A DNA stretch of 34,717 nucleotides. Source: Trichomonas gallinae. Lineage: Eukaryota. The position numbers and the translations under genes were made by a program. The notes beneath the pieces are model-generated. The model saw only the letters and a list, made by a program, of their open reading frames with translations, was not told the DNA's origin and searched no databases. Of the stretch, positions 1-12,400 are shown piece after piece (position 1 is the first letter of the stretch; every line of letters begins with the position of its first letter). Location of the stretch: positions 1-34,717 of the forward strand of contig MRSU01010846.1 of NCBI GenBank assembly GCA_008369845.1, read 5' to 3'.

Positions 1-321
1 TACATTTAAACTAAATGATAAATTCAATATCTCTCAATCTGAAATTGACTTTTTGAGACCTATGCATTGACAGCGTTTTTTTTTTCCGTTTTCAAAACTG
101 TGAAAATTAATTTTAATAAAATATTACATAAATATATGAATAGTACATGTAATGGTTGAATAAGTAATTCAATTTTTTGAGATCATTGTAAACTTTCAAA
201 AATTACAATAAAATTATAAAGCGGTTTTTCACAAAATTTAATGGTTGGGATATTTATCGATCAATTATACTGATTTTCAACAAATTTTAGTATCTGTTTT
301 TTTTTTCAAATTTTTTAAATT

Positions 322-2805
322 ATGTTTTTCTTTGCATTATCTTTTTCCAAAGAGTACGGTGGGCCTCCTGTGAGTAATTTGCTCGAGTGTCTCGACGTTC
401 CTACATTCAAAACAGTCGAGGAAGAAGAAAGTGATGAACATTATGATAATAAAATCGATGTAAAAATGACAATATCAGTGGGAAATTCGACAGCAGGCCG
501 CAGATATTCAGAATATTACGCTTCATCTATCACAATTTATGGTACCGTGACATTTGCAAATCAATATGCATTTGGTACTGGTTTGGCATCAGGATCAGGT
601 GGGGCTATATTCATTTCATATTGTACATTGGTTTCCGATAGTGCTACCTTCAAATGCTATGATAACTCCGCTACAGTTGGAGGCGCTATCTGTGCTGTTG
701 GTTCAGCTATTCTCTTGAAGAATAACGTCCAAGAAAATGTTCAAATATATAGAAATACTGCCTATAGATATGGAGGTGGTATGTATTGTCAAGGTGGACC
801 TGACGAAACTGCAACTGAAATCAGAGTCGTATGTGAAAATGTTCAATTTAAGGACAATATTGCTTATGAGTTTGGAGGTGGTTTATGCTTTACATCTATC
901 AATGACGTATATTTCAATAATGTACTGGTACAAAATAATCAAGCCTCTTGGAATGGCGCAGGTGTCTACATTGTCAATGTAATGACAGCTTATTTTTATA
1001 ATTCGCAATTTAAGTTAAATGTCCTTAACTATAATGATCAAAACAAAATGAGAACACAGAGTATCAAGTCTGATAAAAAGATAGGACTCTCTGTATTACC
1101 GGCTACTGGATCACGTGGTGGTGGCGCTATTTTTGTTGCATCCGATGAAGAAGAAGGTAAGTCTTATATTCCGAGACGTTTCAACACTTATCAATGCTGT
1201 TTCACTAAAAATAGTGCAGGATCGAAAGCATATAGTGATGGCGGTGGGCCTGGACATTATGTTTTGATAGAAGGTGCTGCCCAATACACTTCATTTGAAG
1301 ACATATTCCCGATCCAAAATTGGGACAATCTTAATAAATATGTTTCCTATATGGCTCACCCAAAACAAATTGGTTATCCTCCAACTATACAGGCTCCTAA
1401 AAAATCTTCGCAGTCAAATTGTGAAGCTGACTCAACTAGTCCTTCTGGCGAAACAACTGGCGCAAAAGCATCGACAAGCAGAATCACAAATTCAAAAACT
1501 TCTATTGTACCTAATCCAACAACTTTTGTTTACAGCGCCACACCTATCACAAGACTTCCTCAGGCTACATCAAAATCTTATAGTTCAAGATTGCCAACAA
1601 AAGAAAGACAGACAGATAAGAATAAATTCCCATATTCTTTCAAAGTTCAAACAATACCAAGAACTTTGATAAGGACACCATCGTCAACACCATCTAGTAC
1701 TCCATCGTCAACACCATCTAGCACACCGTCAAAGACACCGTCAAGTACTCCATCATCAACACCATCACGTACACCATCATCAACACCATCAAAGACACCG
1801 TCAAGTACACCATCATCAACTCCATCACGTACACCATCAAGTACACCATCATCAACTCCATCACGTACACCATCAAGTACACCATCATCAACACCGTCAA
1901 AGACACCATCAAGTACACCATCATCAACTCCATCACGTACACCATCATCAACACCGTCAAGTACACCATCAAGTACACCATCAAGTACACCATCATCAAC
2001 TCCATCACGTACACCATCATCAACACCGTCAAGTACACCATCATCAACTCCATCTAGCACACCATCAAGTACACCGTCTAGCACACCATCATCAACTCCA
2101 TCAAGTACTCCATCAAGTACACCGTCTAGCACACCATCTAGTACTCCGTCATCAACGCCATCTAGCACACCATCATCAACACCATCTAGCACACCATCTA
2201 GTACCCCATCAAGTACACCATCATCAACACCATCCACCACGCCAAGAGAAACAATCTCACCATCAAGGTCACTCGTTCCACCAAGAGAAGGATTTACCTA
2301 TTCCAACTCAATCGTTGTCACAGTTACAATTTCTGAAAGTAGAATCTCAACAACCGAAGTCAATATCACAACGACAGTTCCTCTTCCTGATGGCAATGTC
2401 ACATTCTCCGTCACAACAATTAAAACAACTGGTGTTATGGTCGAAGTTCCAGTAACTTATAATACATGGGTTGTTTCTGCAATCGAAGGAGAAACTGTAA
2501 AGAAATCTTCGCTGCTTCCATATATAATTGCAGGTGTTATAGGTCTATTTATTATTGTTGCTTTAATTCTCATTTTGTTATGGAGAGCGAAGAAAGATAA
2601 CACCGAAACTTCTTCATATTCCGCGGTCGAAATGGCTGAGGAAACTGTTAGGTCATCTGTTACTTCTGATGCTATTATCACGAACGATAACCCACTTTGG
2701 ACAACGTCTGTGATAGATAAAGATGAAGATCCGTTCAAACTAGATTTCGAAGAAGCAGAAACTCAAGGATTCTTCACGTTCCGGAATTACGACGAATATA
2801 TGTAA
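322..2805 (+). CDS. Polymorphic membrane protein (Pmp)-like type I surface protein/adhesin with mucin-like TPSS stalk
   Basis: 827-aa ORF. Short hydrophobic N-terminus (MFFFALSFS). Repeated GGA(I)/GGG(L/M) and FxxN-type motifs (SGGAIF, VGGAIC, YGGGMY, FKDN..FGGGL, GGGAIF, FTKN) typical of Chlamydia-like Pmp repeats. Ser/Thr/Pro stalk, one TM helix (YIIAGVIGLFIIVALILILLW) and a cytoplasmic tail with NPLW and DEDPFKLDFEE. Confidence 0.85.
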   Translation: MFFFALSFSKEYGGPPVSNLLECLDVPTFKTVEEEESDEHYDNKIDVKMTISVGNSTAGRRYSEYYASSITIYGTVTFANQYAFGTGLASGSGGAIFISYCTLVSDSATFKCYDNSATVGGAICAVGSAILLKNNVQENVQIYRNTAYRYGGGMYCQGGPDETATEIRVVCENVQFKDNIAYEFGGGLCFTSINDVYFNNVLVQNNQASWNGAGVYIVNVMTAYFYNSQFKLNVLNYNDQNKMRTQSIKSDKKIGLSVLPATGSRGGGAIFVASDEEEGKSYIPRRFNTYQCCFTKNSAGSKAYSDGGGPGHYVLIEGAAQYTSFEDIFPIQNWDNLNKYVSYMAHPKQIGYPPTIQAPKKSSQSNCEADSTSPSGETTGAKASTSRITNSKTSIVPNPTTFVYSATPITRLPQATSKSYSSRLPTKERQTDKNKFPYSFKVQTIPRTLIRTPSSTPSSTPSSTPSSTPSKTPSSTPSSTPSRTPSSTPSKTPSSTPSSTPSRTPSSTPSSTPSRTPSSTPSSTPSKTPSSTPSSTPSRTPSSTPSSTPSSTPSSTPSSTPSRTPSSTPSSTPSSTPSSTPSSTPSSTPSSTPSSTPSSTPSSTPSSTPSSTPSSTPSSTPSSTPSSTPSSTPSSTPSTTPRETISPSRSLVPPREGFTYSNSIVVTVTISESRISTTEVNITTTVPLPDGNVTFSVTTIKTTGVMVEVPVTYNTWVVSAIEGETVKKSSLLPYIIAGVIGLFIIVALILILLWRAKKDNTETSSYSAVEMAEETVRSSVTSDAIITNDNPLWTTSVIDKDEDPFKLDFEEAETQGFFTFRNYDEYM
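1675..2238 (+). repeat. Coding tandem repeat, 47 x 12 nt, encoding TPS(S/K/R/T)
   Basis: Unit ACACCATCATCA / ACACCATCAAGT and variants, running from 1675 to 2238 (564 nt = 47 units), in frame with the Pmp-like CDS. Confidence 0.95.
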
Positions 2806-2972
2806 TTGTATTTGTTTCCAATTATGTCTATTAATTCGACATAAACAATTTTCTTTACATTTCAATATCTTAAATGAAATTGGACTCTTTTTTAAATTAT
2901 TTAATTGGAATTCCAAAAATTGATATATGATATCCATTCATTATCGATCATTTATTCATAATCCTTCAAATG

Positions 2973-3333
2973 TTGAGAAATATATAATATGCAGATTACA
3001 AATTCCTTAAAATGAAAATTCAGATTTTCAAAAAATAAAAATTGTTTCCTATCTATAGCTTAATTATATATAATTGAAACAATATATATGTATATTATGA
3101 ATATTATAGTTATATCTTTAATATTGTAAATTCAAGTCATTATTGATAAATTATCCATGATATTTAATTTTTAATTTAAAATATTGAGAAATACACACTA
3201 TACATTTGGCAAATCCCTTATAATGAAATTTCAAAATATCAAAATTGTTTCCTATCTATAGTTTAATTACATAGAATTGAACGAATATATCTGTATATTA
3301 CGGATATTCAATCTATATCTTTAATATTGTAAA
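2973..3333 (+). repeat. Diverged intergenic direct duplication (~2973-3130 and ~3184-3333)
   Basis: Both copies begin TTGAGAAATA, share AAAATTGTTTCCTATCTATAG(C/T)TTAATTA and end TATATCTTTAATATTGTAAA. Confidence 0.85.
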
Positions 3334-3471
3334 ATAAATATTATTTTTCTTCGATTTTATATATGTTTGTAACGGGAAAAATCATTGATTACAAGATACA
3401 AATGCTATTATTGCATTAAAAAGCAATGATATAAAGCAAAAAAAGTGCACGTTATTGAAATTTTGCTATAA

Positions 3472-6400
3472 ATGGATGAACGATTTGTAAAGCGGAAAAC
3501 TCAGCTTCTCCAATTTGAGCAAAATGTAATGAAAGAGAAATCACTTATAAAGAAATTGGGACAAAAACTTCCAGAAGATTCGAAGAGAACACCAAAAATT
3601 GGTGAATGGTCACTTTCTCATTCGGATTCTTTGGAAACAATGAGTGTTAAAAGCGCTGAAGTCCCATTTCCACGTTCTCCAAGCAAAAATAACATCATCG
3701 AACCGAACATTACGAAATCTACAATATCAAATCCAAAAACCAGTAGATCAAAGTCAAGCATTGCTCCACCATTCATTCCACATCAGCCTAGATTAACTGA
3801 TCCACCACAAGGTGAGGTTGCAAATACAGTATTTCCGCCTGGAACGATTACAACCAACCTAAATGATATATTAAAATCAAAGTACAAACAACCAATCAAA
3901 CCATTACCACCTTTACAAACAGAAATATCGCAAGAAGAGCCTCAATTCTTACCTCTTGAGATGTTCGATGATACAACTTACGAGGAATTTCCAATAAGTG
4001 TGTTAATGCAAGATCCTATTGCATACTCTAAATACCAGCAACTTGATGGAACATTTTACTGGGCAAAATGCACAGTCTTAGATTATGAGGAAAAATCTGG
4101 TTTGTTTTTGATCGAGTGGGATGGTACTGGCCGCAGAAAGAAAGTAGCCAGATTCAATATTCGTTTCAGAAAAGAGAATGTGCAGAAATTCCAAGATAGA
4201 ATCGCGCACGCAAAAGAAATGTGTGTTCGTGCTGAGACGCAGCTGAGATTTGATTCAAGAGTCGCAAACATGTCTACAGACAATATTCCGACACTATCAC
4301 CTGAAAATATACAGTCATTCCATGATCAGATAGATATGAAACTAGGGCCTAAAGATCAGCAACTGCTTCAAGCTCTCGATGAAGAAGTCACCAATGAATT
4401 TAAATTTATCATCAACAAAATGGAATTTGTATCTGACTTGCAAACAAACACAGCGATTCCTAATAGAGATGACTTCCTTCTTATTCAACCCAAGTCTGCT
4501 CCTATACCAAAGAATGGCTTAGTAGACCATGCGCCATTCGATTTTCAAGCAGTATTTGAAGCAATCAAAAGCCGCCATCTTTATGCGCAGAAATCTGTTC
4601 TCAGAGGCATACAGACGATTTGGAAGATCTTCCAGGATTCTGTATCCCTTAATTTCTTGGACGATCACTATGATTCTATTGTCTCACTCGATGACTTCAT
4701 GAAGATGCAGAGAAATTGCTTGAACAACACCGCGTCAAATTTCAAGAAGCAAATTCAAGACACTTTAGAAGGTGTCATCGGAAACACGATGCCTAATCAA
4801 CTGGCAGCGATGAAGAAAGATAGAGAAATCTTTAATAACATGGTTACTTTAACTACGCATATGCTGCACACTGTTCTTTTGACGATTGTTACAAAAAACA
4901 TTGACAGATATAATTCTTTGTTCCAAAGATATTCAGAGAAAACAGTAGAAAGAATTCCAGCACAGTTTTCTGCTACTTTGCTCACAGTTGATAAGCATTT
5001 AACATTCAAGCCATCCGTTCAAGAGTTTCGCGAGAGTTTCATCAAGATTTTAGATGAATTCGAAGAAACAGTCAATGATTTACCAGTCATTAAATCAGCA
5101 TTGATTGAAGTTAATTCATCCGCAGTTAATTTCGATGATTGTTCGTCACAGATACGCGATGAAAAGGAGTCTTTAACCAAGATGCTCAACATCATTTTAG
5201 AGCAGATGGACAGCTTCATAAAAGAAAGAGCTTTTCTCGAAGGAGTTTTGAGTTTAGATCCAATTGAATACACTAAGAATTTTGATCCAAATGGCACGAG
5301 AACTCTCCAAGAATATCGCTCACAGCTCACCGAATTTAACAAAGTACTAGGCATCATACAAAACACAATGAAAGAAGAGTACCAGCTTGGTGCATTCTTT
5401 GTTTCATGCGAAGATTTCAAACGCGAAAAAACAGCGCAAATCAAAGAATTAATTTTCCAATTTTTGACGCGCATCAAAACTCTCGCTCTCCAAGGTATAT
5501 CAGACTTGAAGACAGAATTCGACACAATAGAAGTCACACTCAAGAAGGTCCCGAATACACCAGAGGAACTCGCTGCAATGAAGAAGTATTTGGAGCATGT
5601 TTACAACACTGGAAAGCAGCGCACGAATATGATGAATATTGCGAACGAAAGATTTGCGTTTTTGGAAGAATTCCACTTCGAAACTACAAACGAAGAAGTC
5701 AATTTCCACTACAATATCAGGCAGATGCCTCAGAAGATCATGACCGAGATGGAATCAACAGAAAGAACTCTGTCAGTCGAAAGAATCAGAATGGTTAGAG
5801 AATTGCGTGCAAATCAACAAACACTCGAATCAGACGTCAACAGTCTCACGGACTTCCTTGCTGCTTTCGCTGCAAAGTACACAGACTTAGATATGACGAT
5901 CGAAGCAGTTGACCAGATCAACGAAATTGGCGCGAAGCTCAAGAAGATCAAAGAGCAGAACGATACTTATTCTACCCACGAAAAACTTTTCGATTTCGAA
6001 GTCGGCATGTGCAAACCACTTCAAAAACTCATTGAAGACTTCACGCCGCTTTCCATTCTGTGGAATTTGGCCTCAGAATGGAACCAGACATACACTACAT
6101 GGATGGACACACCATTCCCACAGATAAGGGCAGATGCGATGAACCAATTCATGTCACAGGCGACAAAGAAGATAACGAAACTGAAGAAAGATTTAGCATC
6201 TCAACATCTACTTATTACAAAAGTTTTGCAACCACTCTCAGAGCAAATTGAAGCATTTAAGACTCATGTACCTATCATTACTCGTCTCAGACACCAAGGC
6301 ATCAAGACTAAGCACTGGGAGATTATCTCAGAAGTTGTTGGCTTCAAAGTTCAGCCATCTATGGAGTTGACTTTGCAGAATTTCCTGGATTTAGACTTGG

Positions 6401-9400
6401 AAAGGTGGAACGACAAGATTACAGAAATTGCAAGTGTCGCAGCACAAGAATATTCACTCGAGCTCTCTCTTGATCAAATGGATGCAGAATTGCAGCAGAG
6501 AAAACTCGTCACTGGAGAATTCAGAGACACAGGCACTTTTATTTTGCACGAAATCGATGATATTACATCAGTTATTGATGACCAACTCATTACAACACAG
6601 ACATTACTTACTTCTCCATTCATTGCTCCAGTAAAGAAACGTGCGACAGACAGACTTGGCTTCCTCAAGCTTTGCTCCGAAACCCTTGAAGCGTGGATTG
6701 TTTGCCAGAGAAGCTGGCTTTATTTACAGCCAATTTTCACTGGCACATCAATCCAACAGAAACTGCTGACAGAGGCAAGAGACTGGGGCACTGCTGATAA
6801 GTCATGGAAGGAGATAATGGAGATGACACACGAGCACTCTGAGTTTAACACTGTTATGCACAGAGAAGTTTTACTGCCAACCCTTCAAAAATGCAATGAA
6901 TTACTCGATAACATCACGAAAGGTCTGAACGAATATCTTGAAACAAAGCGTCTCGGATTCCCAAGATTCTTCTTCTTGTCAAATGATGAGCTTATTTCGA
7001 TTCTTTCTCACACGAAAGATTTCGACAAGATCCAGGATTCTATGCAGAAGTTATTCGAATACGTAAACTCAATAACTGTAACAGAAAACAACGAAATCAC
7101 GCATATGAATGACTCAACAGGTGAGTCAGTCAAGCTCTCCAACATTGTCGATGGAAATACTCCAGAAATCGAAGACTGGCTGAATCATTTCGAAGAGGAG
7201 ATGAAGATAACACTCAAAGATTATGTCGCCGACTCAATCCCTGCTTATGGCAAGAAGAAGCGCGAATACTGGCTCACTGAATTCCCAGCACAAGTTGTTT
7301 TGATGACAAATCAAATCATGTGGACACAACAAGTCACAAATGTTTTAGCAGGTCAAAAATTGCGTGGACTCAAAGTTTTGATGCAGAAATTCATCGAGCA
7401 GCTCGAAAGTTTAACAGCTTTAGTTCGCCAGCCAATTTCGAGGCAAACACGTCAAGTTGTTTCATGCCTGCTCATTTTTGAAGTCCACAACAGAGATATT
7501 ATTGCGCAGTTGATCCAAGACGAAGTTGCCGACGTTGAATCATTCGAGTGGCAGAAGCAGTTAAGGTATTATTGGGATGAAGAAACAATTATGGTCAAAT
7601 CCATTAATAACACTTACGAATATTCATATGAATACGCCGGCAACTCAGCGAGACTTGTCATTACTCCACTCACAGATAGATGCTATCAGACCTTGCTTTC
7701 TGCTTTCAAACAGAATTTATCAGGCGCTCCAAGTGGTCCGGCAGGTACAGGCAAGACAGAGACAGTCAGAGATTGCGCGAAAGCTTTGGGAAGAGCATGC
7801 GTTGTTTACAACTGTTCCGAAGAAGTTACTCCAGAGCAGATGTCTCAGTTCTTCGCTGGTCTTTCAAGTTCAGGATCATGGTCTTGCTTCGATGAATTTA
7901 ACCGTATCAACATCGAAGTTCTTTCTGTCATCGCACAACAAGTCAGAACAATTCAAAATGCAATTTCAGAGAACGCAGACTACTTCCAGCTCGACCAGCG
8001 CCGCTTGAAACTCAATGCTAACGCTGCCATTTGCATCACAATGAACCCAGGTTACGCGGGCCGTACAGAGCTTCCTGATAACTTGAAGGCAGTTTTCAGG
8101 CCTTGTGCTATGATGGTCCCTGATTTTGTTTTCATCAGCGAAATTCTTTTGTTCTCTGGCGGTTTCAGGGATGCTTCTGTTCTTTCTGTTAAGTTAGTTG
8201 CTCTCTTCGATCTTTGCAGGAAGCAGCTCTCTAACGCTCATCACTACGACTGGGGTCTTCGTGCTATGAAAGCAATTCTTTCAACAGCAGGAAAAGCAAA
8301 GAGGAACGACTTAAACGCAGATGAAGCAACTTTGCTTGTTCAAGTCATCCGCGATTGCACAGCTCCGAAGCTTGTTTCATCAGATATTCCTCTCTTCGCT
8401 GGCATTATTCACGATGTGTTCCCGTCCGTTGTTTCTCAGAAGGCGAAGAATGCTCAGCTGATCAACAACCTCAAAGATGCTTTCATTGAACTCAAGCTGC
8501 AGCCTTCTCAGATCTACATAGACAAATGCATTGAACTCTACGAGACGACACTTGTCAGACACGGTATAATGCTTGTCGGTGGTTCAATGGGCGGCAAGTC
8601 CGCGAGCTACAAAGCCTTAGCAATCGCAATGTCAAAGGAAATGGAAGGATCAGAAAACAAGCCAGTTAAATACGAAAGGATGAATCCAAAGGCTATTTCC
8701 ATTGCAGAACTTTATGGCTCATTCAACCCAATCACTAGCGAATGGGCAGATGGCGTTCTTTCAAAGGCTATAAGACAGGCATCATTCTCAGATCAGAGCG
8801 AACTCAAATGGGTCATCGTTGATGGTCCTGTTGATTCTCTTTGGATCGAAACAATGAACTCACTTCTAGATGATAACAAAGTTCTCTGCTTGCCTAACAA
8901 CGAACGCATTCAGCTCGGCCCTCACGTTAAGATGGTTTTCGAAGTCGACAATCTCGATGAAGCTTCACCAGCTACAGTTTCTCGTTGCGGTATGATTTAC
9001 TATGATCCAAGCGTTTTGCCGTGGACAGCATTGACAGATACATGGTGCGAGAAATACGCAGAAGCTCTTGATCCAGATTTAATCACTTTGCTGAAAACTT
9101 TGTTTGAAAATTATTTGCCGAAACTGATCCAATTCGTTGAAGTTGATGCAAAAACTGCTTTCGACGTTAACTCTAATTATTGTGTCAACAACATGTTAAA
9201 ATTGCTTGACTGCTACATGGATCTAAAGAGAGAAGAAGTTCAAACTCAAGGTGAAGGCGATGAAATCATCAGATCAGATCCATTGAATCAAGAAATTCTT
9301 TTCTCACTTTTCGTTTCTCCAGAAAACATCCAATTCTTCAGCAAAGACATGCTAAAGAGTGTCTTAGAGCGTGCTTTCATATTCTGCGCTGTTTGGGCTT

Positions 9401-12400
9401 TCGGTGGTATTATTTCGCAAGAATCTCGCCCTATTTTCGATAACTTCTTCAGAGATTTGTGCGTCAACAATTCATGCACATGCAACATACCAGCGAAAGA
9501 TACAGTTTTCGATTACTACGCTGACTTCGGAAGAATGGAATGGACTCCTTGGATTGATGGAAACACAAACATTACACTCACTCAGCATTTACCGATCGAG
9601 AAGCAATTTTATCCAACGAACCAAAGCGCGGCTCCTTTGTTCTTATCCAGGCTATTATTAAGCAACCACTACAGTGTCTTGCTTCAAGGCCATGAATCAT
9701 CGAAGACATTGATCGGAAAGACACTTTTCGGGTCAGTTTTCGATTCAGGAAAATTCCCATCTTATGTTTTGCCGCTTGCTCCAAGCACGCAGCCATCAAA
9801 TATCTCCAAGTTTATGCTTCAGTTCATGCACAAAAAACTCGGCACATTCGGACCACTTCCAGGTCAGCATTTCCTTTTCTTGATCGACAACCTCGGCAGC
9901 GTTAAACCAGAAATTTACGGAGCTCAACCTGCCCTTGAGTTGTTGAGGCAGTTCTTCGATCATGGCGGATGGTTTAACACTTCACCTGTTGAGTTTTTGA
10001 ACATTATTGGTACATCTATATTAGGAACAACCGGTATTGCTGGCGGTGGAATGTACGGACTCCCTCACAGACTCACAAGACACTTCTTCACTCTTCACGT
10101 TCCTAAATACGAAATTCCAACAGTCCAGAAGATTACTGAAGAACTTTTGAACTGGAATCTCAAGGAAGCATCAGTTACAATCAAGAACATGATACCAGCT
10201 GCTGCACAAGGCATCATCAACCTCTACGAACAGTGCCAGAACAGACTGCTTCCAATTCCATCGAAATTGCATTATATCTTCAATCTCAGAAACATTGTCC
10301 ACATAATCAGAGGAATTTGCCTTGTAAATACACAGAATTTGTCAAGTGAAGGTGAATTCCGACGCTTATGGAAACACGAAATCACAAGAGAATTTACTGA
10401 CAGATTCAACTCAATCAACGACAGGAAATGGTTTGATGGAGAAGTCCAGAAAGTTCTCGCTGAAGTCTTCCATACACAATATCAGCCTCCAGGCGAATTA
10501 CTTCTTTTCAATACATTTGCAGACAATTCATCAAGGTACAAAGAAGTTGTCAAGAACTCAGAGGATCTGGTAAAAAGTTGCACACTGACATTAGATGAAC
10601 ACAATAGAGATGCTTCGAAGCCAATCGATATTGTTTTGTTCCAGGAAGCAGTTGTCCACTTAAGCGCGTTGAGCAGAATATTCGCAACTGTTGGTGGCCA
10701 TGCATTACTCGTTGGTGTTAAAGCTAGTGGAAGAAAATCACTGGCAAGACTTGCAATGTACATGAGCAACATTGAGCCATTTGAAATTGCAATCACAAGA
10801 ACATATTCAGTTGCTGAGTGGCACGAAGACCTCAAAAACCTTCTAAAGCAGTGCGGCACAGAAGATATTCCAACTGGTTTCATTATTTCTGACGTTCAAA
10901 TAATTATGCCTCAGCAATTAGAGGACATAAGCAATCTTATGATCAGTGGCGAGGTTCCTCAGCTATACGAAAGAGATGAAGTCGAAGCAATCAAAGCAGA
11001 GCTCGCTGGAAAAGACATGGGACTTTCAACACATGTTTCTGATTACTGGGATTTGTTCGTCGAAAGAATCAGAAAGAATTTGCACGTCATCATGGCTTTC
11101 TCACCTTACGGCTTAGTCTTCAAGGACTCAATGATCTCTTATCCAGCCATTAGAAACGAATCAACCATCGACTGGTACATGCCTTGGTCCCAGAATGCAT
11201 TGGAAAGTGTCGCAAGAGCTTCATTAACTAAAAGAGGTATTGTCAGCCAAGATAACATTAAATCGATTATATCTGTCTTGGTTAAGATGCACAAATCAGT
11301 TGAAGGCATCGCAGACAAATTCCTCAAAGAAACGAAGAGATTCACCGCTGTTACTCCTTCAAGATATTTCGAGTTACTTGCAACATTTTCAAGCAACTTA
11401 GCGACAAAAGGAGAAGAAACAGGAACTCTGATCAACAACTACGAAGGTGGTGTCGAGAAAATCAAGACAACGAGAGAGCAAATCGAACAGATGTCAAGAG
11501 AACTCGACCAGAACATTCCTGTTCTCCAAAAAACAAGAGCTGAATGCGAACAAATGCTTGAAGAACTCAAAGTGAAATCACAAGAAGTCGAACATACGAG
11601 AAAAGAAGTCCAAGGACAGAGAGAAATCGCTGAGCAAGAAGCAGAAGAAGCTAACAAAGCGAATAATGTTGCTCAAGAGCAATTTAAGAGAGCTCAACCT
11701 TTGCTGCAAGAAGCACAAGATGCTGTTTTGCGTTTGGATAAAGATTCTCTCTCGAACATCAAAAAGCTTCACGCGCCAAGCAGCGGCATGATTGATACTT
11801 TCGAAGCTGTTTGCATCATGTTCGGAAGAAGGCCAAGAATCGTCAATGGTCCGACACCAGGCTCCAAAGAAGAAGACTATTGGCCAGAAGTGATTTCACT
11901 GCTCAATGATATCGGTTTCATCAAAAACGTGCAGAACTTCAGAATCGAAGATCTCAAGAAAGAAACAATCAACAAGCTGAAAAAATACGTTCCAACAGAA
12001 CCAGACCAGAGAGCTGAAAAGAAAGCAATTGCCAGTGGTTCTTTCGCAGCCTTTGGTGCTCTTTACGACTGGGTCTGCGCCTCCTTCGATTACTGGTTCG
12101 TTTTCCAGCAGATTTTGCCACTTAGAAATGCAGCCGATGAAGCAGCAAAGAAGCTCGAGCAGTCTAAACAGATGCTCGCGCGTGCACAAGAACACTTGGC
12201 GCAAGTTGAAGCAACACTGCAGTCTTTGTCAGATTCAGTCAAAGTGCAGAAGGAGAAAGAAAAAGAACTCTCTCAAAGCGTCGCAAATACGCAAGCTAGA
12301 CTTGAGAGAGCTGAGAAGATGATGAGCGGACTTTCAGGAGAAACAGCAAGATGGGAAGAAACAGCAAAGAAACTTCATGGAACAGCTCAATTCATTCTTG

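Noticed and set aside
1675..2238. CRISPR-like array, or CDK sites (TPSK/TPSR)
   Set aside because: No unique spacers and the repeat is coding. The stalk is predicted extracellular, so CDK phosphorylation is implausible.
1647..2240. Antisense ORFs (DGVL/DGVD repeats, 197 aa; MMVY repeats, 111 aa)
   Set aside because: Shadow frames of the stop-free 12-nt TPSS repeat.
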